DNA of 24,320 nucleotides, from assembly GCA_049472355.1 (NCBI GenBank), contig JBLIRP010000064.1:1-24320 (forward strand), given 5' to 3'. This DNA is from a bacterium. Its GTDB lineage: Bacteria; SZUA-182; DTGQ01; JAFGSM01. Shown here piece after piece: positions 8,627 to 15,989 of this stretch. The position numbers were made by a program, and so were the translations under genes. The first letter of the stretch is position 1. Every line of letters starts with the position of its first letter. Under the pieces are notes generated by a model. That model ran no database searches. It was not told where the DNA came from and saw only the letters and a list, made by a program, of their open reading frames with translations.

Positions 8627-9898
8627 CTATTCCATGATCTCCATGTCAGCCCCAATTCCCTTCATGATACCAGCATAATCCGGGAATGTCACACCCACTG
8701 CCTCGGCCGTGTCGATCACGGTCCGCCCCGAGGCCGTCATCCCGGCAAGGCTCAAGGCCATCACCACCCGATGATCATGGTATCCATAAACATGGGCGCC
8801 ATGAAGCCCCGAATGCTCGATGACCATGCCATCTTCCCTTTCCTCGACATGGGCACCCATCTTTGTGAGCTCATCCGTCATCACCCTGATCCGGTCCGTC
8901 TCCTTTATCCGGGCATGGGCGACATTCCTGATGACGGTCTGTCCCTGTGCATAACATCCGAGCACACTGATGGCAGGCAGAGCATCCGGGGTATTGTTCA
9001 GGTCCAGTTCACATCCGGTAAGCATGGATCCGTTCACCACGATGCCCTCTTTCCCAAACCTTATATCAGCACCCATTTCCCTGAGATACTCCAGCACGTG
9101 CCTATCCGCCTGGGTATCTCCCATATCCAATCCCTTGATAATCAAATCCCTTCCGAGCATCACCCCGGCAACAAGCATAAAGGTGGCGCTCGACCAGTCG
9201 CCGGGAATGGTTTTCTCGAAGGCCGTATAGGCTTGATTCCCGAAGATCCTTATGGTTTCAAGATCATGGTTCTCATATCGTATCCCCAACTCATCCAGCC
9301 ATCTGAGTGTCATCTCGATATAGGGCCGCTCGCAGAGATTCACTATCCTGATTTGGGTGTCCCGAGAGGCCAGCGGACAGTTGATCAGCAGGCTTGAGAT
9401 ATACTGCGAGCTCCGGCAGTCCACTGCGACCCTCCCGCCCTTCAACCTCCCTGTAATCTCCACAGGGGGGCATCCGTTGTTATGCACGGAAACTGCCTGT
9501 GCTCCAAGCATATTCAAGGCATCGAGCAATGGCTGCACCGTCCTTTTTCGTATCGAGGCGTCGCCATCGATAAGGACCTTTTTGTCGCCAAGTGCGGCGG
9601 TGCCCATGATCAGGTTGGTGGTGGTACCTGAATTCAGCGTGTCGATCCTCACACCCGTTTTCGGCCTTCCTGAAAACCCGCTGACGATGAATTCCCCGCC
9701 CTTCTTCTTTATTCCGGCGCCCAGTGCCGTGCACGCATTGATCGCCGCCCGTGTATCGGCGGATTCAAGCGCATTGACTAATCGTGATTCTCCCTCGGCA
9801 AGGGAGGCAAAGACAAATCCCCTGATGGTGTGGGACTTGCTGCTTGGCACCAGGACCTCTCCGCTTATCTTCTCCGTTCTATTAATCTGTAATCTCAT
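8627..9898 (-). CDS. aroA: EPSP synthase
   Basis: PSSKSHT, NSGTT, SSQYISSLL, PGDWSSA, RIKETDRI and DHRVVM motifs. Confidence 0.96.
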   Translation of the reverse strand: MRLQINRTEKISGEVLVPSSKSHTIRGFVFASLAEGESRLVNALESADTRAAINACTALGAGIKKKGGEFIVSGFSGRPKTGVRIDTLNSGTTTNLIMGTAALGDKKVLIDGDASIRKRTVQPLLDALNMLGAQAVSVHNNGCPPVEITGRLKGGRVAVDCRSSQYISSLLINCPLASRDTQIRIVNLCERPYIEMTLRWLDELGIRYENHDLETIRIFGNQAYTAFEKTIPGDWSSATFMLVAGVMLGRDLIIKGLDMGDTQADRHVLEYLREMGADIRFGKEGIVVNGSMLTGCELDLNNTPDALPAISVLGCYAQGQTVIRNVAHARIKETDRIRVMTDELTKMGAHVEEREDGMVIEHSGLHGAHVYGYHDHRVVMALSLAGMTASGRTVIDTAEAVGVTFPDYAGIMKGIGADMEIME

Positions 9899-9944
9899 AG
9901 ATCTCCCAAAACCGCCTTTTTCATCAATTCCTTATCGCAATCCT
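9824..9944. repeat. Direct repeat A (att-like): aroE 3' tail plus aroA 5' end, identical core 9882-9926
   Basis: Matches 12754-12874 at offset 2930 with no gaps. 14 mismatches in 121 bp by my count, 45-bp perfect core. Confidence 0.95.
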
Positions 9945-10158
9945 GGATGAATTTGCCTTCCGCATCCTCTGGGTAATAAGGCCTCAGCCTTTCCCATTCC
10001 CTGGGCTGTGATTCCTGAACAAACGCCAAAACCGCCCTTTTATCAAAGGCCAGATCAGTGCTGAAATCGCCGGCTTTGCCCGCCACCCAACCATTTTGGA
10101 CGAGATGGTCTACGATGGCGGACTCAAAGGTGGATTCGGTGTGGATACCATCAACCAT
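9895..10158 (-). pseudogene. hsdR: Type I restriction subunit HsdR N-terminal fragment (~72 aa) fused in frame to the duplicated aroE C-terminus
   Basis: IHTESTFESAIVDHL..GW...FVQESQPREWERL resembles HsdR N-termini, then DCDKELMKKAVLGDL*, compared with the AroE end DCNKALMKKAVLGDL*. Confidence 0.8.
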
Positions 10159-10375
10159 ATCTTTCCTTTTCCCCAAAAGCCAATGATCAGAGAGTCAAGG
10201 TTTTATATACTGATCCTGATATCATCGTAAACCCACGCCCATCATCATAAATCCACGCTCAGTTACATAACCGTTACATAAGATTTCATTTTATTTTTAA
10301 TAACTTAGCCAATACGAACGGTGTTTGACCATATAAATTGCACATGAAACCCTATATTTTCCGTACAAAAAACAC

Positions 10376-11836
10376 TCAGACCCAGAATGGAACATATTTG
10401 GCATATTTTCTTGATTTTCTATCCGCATCATAATCCCTGATAAATCCGGCTTGAATGGAATCACTGATAATGCGTGAGACGATCGGATAATTTTTTTCAT
10501 CAATACCGAATCTTTCGCGTAAGCTCTGATTGGTCATGAGCTCACCTGAAACGTATTTAAGACAGGCATGCAGATAGCAGGCGCGGATTTTGGCCTGTTT
10601 ATCCATCTGCCGCAATGTCAGAGGGGCGAACAGGATAACCCTGGTAAAGTTATCCCCGATAATGATCTCAGGCGCAGGCAATTGATACAATTCACATTCA
10701 AAAACGACCTTGTCAAAACCGCTGCCTCTTTCTTCACAGATATTCAGACGCCTCATCATACGGGCAAGTTGTTCATTTCTGCTTTCGGGACTGTGATCTA
10801 TAAAGCGAAGGGCATCAATAAGCGGCTTGCCAGGATTAGTGATTTCAATCCGATTATCGAACAATTCAACCATCGATGATGCACCACCAACACTAAAATC
10901 CTGATGGATAATCGCATTGGCAACCAGTTCACGAATAGCAATCGCCGGATATATAGTCACCTCTTTTCGAAGGGCCTGTTCAATGACCTCATTCGTCGGC
11001 AATTGATCGAGCATATATTCTATAAGCCCTTCAAATCCAACAGCATAACCCTTTCTGCCAATTTGTTCTTTTTTTGTTTTAACCCGATTATTTCCCTGAT
11101 AGATAATGACTCTTACTGCCTTTCTTGCAAGCGTATCGAATTGCTCCAAGTCCTTTGCAAACAGGATCCCGCCAAGGTTTGTAATATTGTATCTATCGCC
11201 GCATACTTCGATAACCCTGTCCTGCATTAGTCGGTCAAGTATACCCTTCCTGTTATCCGGCAATGGCAAATTGGACATCTCAAAATATTTGGGATAGTCA
11301 ATCAGACTGAGAACTTCATCTGAAGATGCCTTTTCAAATGCGATGCCTTTCTCGAAAACCGCATGATTCGTTCTTTGCCATATTTTTCGTTCCCTCTCAG
11401 GGTGATCATCGAGGTGTTTTTTATAGGAACCAATGCGAATAAATGTTTCACCCCTGAAGCTGACAGGCCGGTCTCTGGTGGCATCTATCCTGAATATGGC
11501 GAAATGTTTGCCTTCAAAGTCGAACTCAAAAATATCGAGATCTATCCTCGGATTAAGTTGGGTGACAAGGCAGTTCTCCAGTTCCTGATTCCCTTTTTTC
11601 GTTGTCAAGGGACGAAATGTGGTCCCGACCAGCCTGTGTGTTTCATTCTCGATGCCAAAAACCAGATAACCATAAGGCTTGTTTGCATAACGGGCGCTGT
11701 TCGAGAGGGCAGACAGATACTCCCCAATTTCCTGCGGATTCCAATTATCAACCTTGAACTCGGCCCACTCGCATTCCTTGGGCAAAGCCTGGAGAGATTT
11801 AAGCAATTTTTCTAATTCTTTTTGTTTCATTATCAT
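10376..11836 (-). CDS. Schlafen/AlbA_2 domain protein with HATPase (RecG C-terminal-like) and probable wHTH domain
   Basis: ECEWAEFK, SALSN, YLVFGI (AlbA_2). AIRELVANAIIHQDF, IEITNPG, RNEQLA and EERGSG (HATPase_c_4-like). Intact 486 aa, AT-rich. Confidence 0.88.
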   Translation of the reverse strand: MIMKQKELEKLLKSLQALPKECEWAEFKVDNWNPQEIGEYLSALSNSARYANKPYGYLVFGIENETHRLVGTTFRPLTTKKGNQELENCLVTQLNPRIDLDIFEFDFEGKHFAIFRIDATRDRPVSFRGETFIRIGSYKKHLDDHPERERKIWQRTNHAVFEKGIAFEKASSDEVLSLIDYPKYFEMSNLPLPDNRKGILDRLMQDRVIEVCGDRYNITNLGGILFAKDLEQFDTLARKAVRVIIYQGNNRVKTKKEQIGRKGYAVGFEGLIEYMLDQLPTNEVIEQALRKEVTIYPAIAIRELVANAIIHQDFSVGGASSMVELFDNRIEITNPGKPLIDALRFIDHSPESRNEQLARMMRRLNICEERGSGFDKVVFECELYQLPAPEIIIGDNFTRVILFAPLTLRQMDKQAKIRACYLHACLKYVSGELMTNQSLRERFGIDEKNYPIVSRIISDSIQAGFIRDYDADRKSRKYAKYVPFWV

Positions 11837-11852
11837 ATCACCTTGATTTATA

Positions 11853-11999
11853 TTATATCACCTTGATCTTCCCTGTCACCACCTCGCTGATCAAGGCTGT
11901 GCGATATTCCTGAAGGAGGCTGTTTTCTTCAACATTAATATAAAACCATTGTAAATTGGCTGCTCCTAAATATGGTTTTAAATGATAACCTCCTTTATC
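11853..11999 (-). pseudogene. hsdS: HsdS remnant: TRD fragment joined to the conserved C-terminus
   Basis: Manual translation DKGGYHLKPYLGAANLQWFYINVEE-NSLLQEYRTALISEVVTGKIKVI*. LQEYRTALISEVVTGKI is the typical HsdS terminus. Confidence 0.85.
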
Positions 12000-12004
12000 A
12001 TCAA

Positions 12005-12180
12005 AAGTTCCCCCACTTCTTTTTGGCTTAGTTCCAGCTTGGTGCCGACTTGGTGCCAGCTTAGTGCCGGCCTGGTGCCAACCTCATCATGGGCTTTTGA
12101 AGATTCAATGACTTCGGGATGGATCATGAATGTCGTTTTGAAACAGATCCGCTCTTCATCGGTCTCAAAAACGGATTTCG
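12005..12180 (-). pseudogene. Internal fragment of a second RecG-like/AlbA-HATPase family gene
   Basis: VFETDEERICFKTTFMIHP and LSWHQVGTKL resemble the post-HATPase region of such proteins (recognised from memory, unverified). Confidence 0.5.
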
Positions 12181-12185
12181 ACTCC

Positions 12186-12213
12186 TCATTCATCATTCAA
12201 CATTCATCATTCA
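12186..12213 (-). repeat. Four tandem heptamers TGAATGW
   Basis: Plus strand reads TCATTCA TCATTCA ACATTCA TCATTCA, overlapping the hsdM stop. Confidence 0.85.
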
Positions 12214-12734
12214 ACCACTTCCCTTATCATTCCATCCGTTTCCTGTTCCAGGGCCAGGATGTCCCTGCGTATCTCCTCCATGCTGCGCAGGGGTTTGTAT
12301 GTATAGAAATACCTGGTGAAGTTGATCTCATAGCCGATCAAAGAGCAACGACCCGTCGCTTATCGAAGGCAGGCCCGCATCAAAACGCCCGGCAAAGCCC
12401 TTATTTCTCGAACTCGTCCTTGATCTGCTTTTGGGCCTTTTTCCAGTCCACCCCAAAGGGGGGATTGCTGAGCATTCAGGTCGTGGGGGTATTCATCGGC
12501 AATGGAGAGCATCCCGCCGGTGCCGCAGGCAGGGTCGGAGAGGGTCTTGACGATGCCCTCCTTTCTGAGGATGTCTTTGTCATTGACAAAAAGGAGGTTC
12601 ACCATCAGTCTTATGACCTCACGGGGGGTGAAGTGTTCCCCTGCTGTTTCGTTGCTCAGTTCGGCGAATTTGCTGATCAGTTCTTCAAAGATGTATCCCC
12701 TTTCCATACTGTCCACATCCCTGAAATTGTTCAT
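12207..12734 (-). pseudogene. hsdM: HsdM remnant made of four joined fragments
   Basis: MNNFR | GYIFEELI..ETAGEHFTPREVIRLM..DPACGTGGML | MLSNPPFGVDWKK..GRF.AGLP.ISDGSLLF | IGYEINFTRYFY.YKPLRSMEEI..DILALEQE..* in shifting frames. Confidence 0.92.
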
Positions 12735-12753
12735 GTTTCTCACCAATCGATCA

Positions 12754-12874
12754 AATTGTATGGGACTTGCTGCTGGGTACCAGGACCTCTCCACTGATTT
12801 GCTCTGTTCTGTTAATCTGTAATCTCATAGATCTCCCAAAACCGCCTTTTTCATCAGTGCCTTATTGCAATCCT
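12754..12874. repeat. Direct repeat B (att-like): true aroE 3' end plus a 25-codon dead-end aroA fragment, identical core 12812-12856
   Basis: Translates MRLQINRTEQISGEVLVPSSKSHTI*, compared with AroA MRLQINRTEKISGEVLVPSSKSHTIRG. Confidence 0.95.
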
Positions 12875-14291
12875 TCCCTGTCCACAGCAGGAATTGCCGT
12901 GCCGCCTGATTAACGAACATCTCCACCCCTGAAACCGTCCGGCAGCCATTCTCAGCCGCCATCCTTAATAATCTGGTTTGACTGGGATTATAAACCGTAT
13001 CAAAAACAACCATATCCTTCAATACATCCGCCTCCACCGGGCTTTGGTCAATATCCGGTGACATGCCGATGGAGGTGGCATTGATCAGGATCTCCACGTC
13101 ATCCCATGGCACATCATCCATGCTCACAAACGTGCATCCCAGGTCAGCGGCCAGCCCCCTTCCCTTCTCCTCCGTTCGGTTGACGATGCTCAACCTCGCT
13201 CCCCTCTTCAGGACACCATAGCCGATTGCGCGTGCCACCCCCCCGGCTCCGATCATCAGCACCTTCCTTCCATCCAGGCGGGTCTTCCCTTCGATGGCCT
13301 CCACGGCCCCGTCGATATCCGTATTAAATCCCATTAACCTTCCGTCCCTCACCACGACGGTATTCACCGCACCCACCCTGCGGGCATCATCATCCACTTC
13401 ATCCAGGTATTCCATGATCCCCTGTTTATGGGGCATGGTCACACTAAAGCCGGCCAGTCGCTCCCTGAATGCGGACACGAATGCACCGATGTCATTGACC
13501 GGGAAATTGAGATACACGGCATTCAACCCGTGCTCCCTGAAACAGAGATTATGGATGAGATACCCCTTGCTCTTGGATACGGGGTTTCCGACCAGGCCGT
13601 ACAGGCGCAGGCCTTTGAGCTTGAGATCCTTGACCCTGTAGACATCCCTCAGGGTAGTACAGCGGATCTGGCCGGGTGCGGATTCCCTTCCCTTCTCCAT
13701 GCTGCCGAAGGTGAGGTACGAACCATAGGCGCACGCGAGAATTCTGGATATCTCTCCCAGGTCTCCCATGCATATCCCGATAAAATCCCTGCCCTCTTTC
13801 CTGGCCTGTTCAATCAGGCTGAGCATCCTCAGATTGTCCCTTAAATCCGTTGGCATCACGGCTATCTTCAGGATATCCGCGCCGAACCCCTTCATCTGCT
13901 CATAAATCCCTTCAATATCCGCAGGCATCTCGTTGAAATTATGATAGGATAGAATAATCCTTGAATCCTTTCTGCAGGCCATCACCTCCTGCACTGCCCG
14001 CCTGCCGGAACTCATCTCGATATCCACATGATCAGCACCGAACTCGGCGCACCGTCTCAATATCTCTATCCTTCTCTCCTCGCTGCCGGAATACCTCCCC
14101 CCTTCATCCGGCTTCCTGCAGGTCATGATCAGGGGGCATTTTTTCCAGGATATGATCTCTTTCAGGTCGGCATCATTCAATTCGGATATATAGTCCAGCC
14201 TGACCTCGACGATATCCGCCGTCCGGGCGACCACATCCATATGTCTCCTTACGTCACCGATATCTTCCGCAATGACCGGACAGCATATCAC
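12825..14291 (-). CDS. aroE: Bifunctional type I 3-dehydroquinate dehydratase / shikimate dehydrogenase (AroD-AroE fusion)
   Basis: EVRLD, SYHNF, LKIAV and SAPGQ (AroD). SVTMPHK, GAVNT, NTD, GAGG and NRT (AroE). GTG start. Confidence 0.95.
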   Translation of the reverse strand: MICCPVIAEDIGDVRRHMDVVARTADIVEVRLDYISELNDADLKEIISWKKCPLIMTCRKPDEGGRYSGSEERRIEILRRCAEFGADHVDIEMSSGRRAVQEVMACRKDSRIILSYHNFNEMPADIEGIYEQMKGFGADILKIAVMPTDLRDNLRMLSLIEQARKEGRDFIGICMGDLGEISRILACAYGSYLTFGSMEKGRESAPGQIRCTTLRDVYRVKDLKLKGLRLYGLVGNPVSKSKGYLIHNLCFREHGLNAVYLNFPVNDIGAFVSAFRERLAGFSVTMPHKQGIMEYLDEVDDDARRVGAVNTVVVRDGRLMGFNTDIDGAVEAIEGKTRLDGRKVLMIGAGGVARAIGYGVLKRGARLSIVNRTEEKGRGLAADLGCTFVSMDDVPWDDVEILINATSIGMSPDIDQSPVEADVLKDMVVFDTVYNPSQTRLLRMAAENGCRTVSGVEMFVNQAARQFLLWTGKDCNKALMKKAVLGDL

Positions 14292-14450
14292 GGCATAACC
14301 CCTGAAATTCTTCTTTTGACGCCAATAAAGACGAATTCGTGAATCACCGATGATAGGGGTGGATATGCCTGATCAACAATAGGTGCATACACCCGTATTT
14401 GAGTAGCAGTTTCCATTCTGTTTTCCGGCTGGTACAATGATCAGTACATG

Positions 14451-14539
14451 ATCATCGGTTGCCGGTAATTTTTGGACTCCCGCATGCATCAGAGAGTTCC
14501 ACCTGTTCCCCCTGACAGGGCTCGCGGCAACCGGGTGAT
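14451..14539 (-). other. Predicted three-helix RNA structure in the aro operon leader
   Basis: P1 ATCACCCGGTTGCCG/CGGCAACCGATGAT encloses CCTGT/ACAGG and GGAACTCTC/GGGAGTCC stems. Confidence 0.45.
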
Positions 14540-14554
14540 AGGAATTCACTGACA

Positions 14555-14583
14555 ATGATATCGTTCTTTAGGTTGAATATCAA
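14555..14583 (-). promoter_or_regulatory. Sigma70-type promoter upstream of the aro operon
   Basis: TTGATA (14583-14578), 17-bp spacer, TATCAT (14560-14555). Confidence 0.6.
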
Positions 14584-14748
14584 GGAGTTGAAACCCTTCA
14601 CCCACAAAAAAAGGGGGTTCCGCTTAGGAAGGCGTAGACATGTGGAAGATTGCATACAGGGGACGGACAGGGATTTCGGTCACATAGTCGAACATCCATG
14701 GTTGTGCGCCAGGCAAGTCCGGTATAGGCTTTGGGGTGAAGCCGCTTC

Positions 14749-14928
14749 TTATGCCTTTACCCTGCTGTGCCTTAATCGTCGCAGTTTATGATATTCCTTG
14801 ACGAATACCTGCCATACCTCGCCCAGGAACTTCGTTCCGCCGAAAATCATCGCCGGCATGAGCATGATGGTGACCATCACCGACAGCACGAAAAGCAGAA
14901 ACATTTTTACGAGCAGAATGAGTTTCAT
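14749..14928 (-). CDS. 59-aa small membrane protein (below the ORF track cut-off)
   Basis: MKLILLVKMFLLFVLSVMVTIMLMPAMIFGGTKFLGEVWQVFVKEYHKLRRLRHSRVKA*. GGGAG SD, hydrophobic N-terminus, basic tail. Confidence 0.72.
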   Translation of the reverse strand: MKLILLVKMFLLFVLSVMVTIMLMPAMIFGGTKFLGEVWQVFVKEYHKLRRLRHSRVKA

Positions 14929-15104
14929 ATGCTCCCCCTAACAGAAATTAAGGATGTACTCCCCTGCCATGTTGAATATCGATACCTGTCATATTGATCA
15001 TGGTCACTGTCATAGAGTATATTCAACATCCGATGGAGAAAAACCTCTATTGCCCCCTGTTTAATGCCTTACACCCCAGCGATCATGACACTTTTGTTTA
15101 TAGA

Positions 15105-15120
15105 AGCAATTTACATGCCA
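15105..15120 (-). promoter_or_regulatory. Sigma54 (-24/-12) promoter
   Basis: TGGCAT-GTAAA-TTGCT with exact GG-N10-GC spacing, intergenic and oriented toward the 59-aa ORF. Confidence 0.7.
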
Positions 15121-15386
15121 GAGGCATCCTGCCCGCCAATTTATCTTATTATCGGAATTTTAAGGCAAAACCCATTATGCATCGATCATGCATCCGTATC
15201 CCTGCGGATGATCCATGTTCATATCCTTACTCGGAAAATCAAATATTGCACACTTCGGGCCATTCCGGCATATTTTGGTTTGGCTGGATGGGTGGTTTAC
15301 AGTGGCTGATAGGATTTCGCCGAGCCGAGCATATCAGGGAAAAGGGTGTGGAGGGATTATTCGTGCTTCCTAAGCCGGGGATCGTA

Positions 15387-15764
15387 TTAATGCGGTTGAC
15401 CGAATCCGCTATTGGTCTGCGATTCCTCATCAGAAGAGGCGGCTTCCTCTTCCCTTTCCTGAGACGGGACATTGATGGTCTGAACCGATTGTGAAGAGAA
15501 GAGCGCATGACCACAGTAGGGACAGTAACGCGCCCCGGGGATCTCCCGAAATGACCTCCGGCATGCCTGGCACGTGTGCACATTTTTTTGTTGTGCCGTC
15601 TGCCATCGAATGAAAAGCCAGAGGGGAAGGAATATGATCATGGCCATAAACGTTCCGAACGCCCATAGGAGCGCCTGACCTTCGGAACGTCCCTTATCCC
15701 TGGCATCGATGAATACCCAAAATGCCGCCAAGGCCGGTATGAGTATAGCGAGCAGAATATGCAT
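15387..15764 (-). CDS. Small two-TM membrane protein with a zinc ribbon
   Basis: WVFIDARDKG...W...IFLPLWL (two TMs), then CQAC...CPYCG. Confidence 0.8.
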   Translation of the reverse strand: MHILLAILIPALAAFWVFIDARDKGRSEGQALLWAFGTFMAMIIFLPLWLFIRWQTAQQKNVHTCQACRRSFREIPGARYCPYCGHALFSSQSVQTINVPSQEREEEAASSDEESQTNSGFGQPH

Positions 15765-15989
15765 GCAAAACCCTCAGCAGTTCATATGATTACAATTATA
15801 CTCTCTCATCATAGTCCATTGCCGCTGCGATGTAAAGACATGCACCCACCTGTGACCGGTTTCACCCATATCCGGCGACGGGGGGTATGACGGCCGGACG
15901 GCATCGTCCCCTTTTCATGTCGCATTGTGCGCCCTTTTGAGGGCCAGGGGCCGCAATCCTGGGAAAGGACACCGCGCTTACATTGGCTA

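Larger units (their letters stand above)
9882..12811 (-). mobile_element. 2930-bp integrase-free insert at the aroE/aroA junction: collapsed type I R-M locus with an intact AlbA_2 cargo gene
   Basis: Bounded by direct repeats, splits an ATGA-coupled gene pair, visibly more AT-rich interior. No integrase or transposase ORF. Confidence 0.85.

Noticed and set aside
12360..12794. 144-aa ORF as a functional methyltransferase
   Set aside because: It is chimeric: it begins in the off-frame aroA duplicate and shifts out of frame before NPPF.
11982..12797. 271-aa plus-strand ORF
   Set aside because: It is the antisense shadow of the hsdM fragments, which carry the recognisable motifs on the minus strand.
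14455..14515. Cobalamin riboswitch resemblance (GGGAA-CAGGTG-GAA...GAGTC...ACC)
   Set aside because: The central CCCGC-ACTGT core is missing and the downstream genes are not B12-related.
14373..14555. Attenuator leader peptide for the aro operon
   Set aside because: There is no run of Trp, Phe or Tyr codons and no clear U-tailed terminator.
14994..15494. 166-aa plus-strand ORF
   Set aside because: It has no recognisable features, overlaps a better minus-strand gene and spans the sigma54 promoter region.
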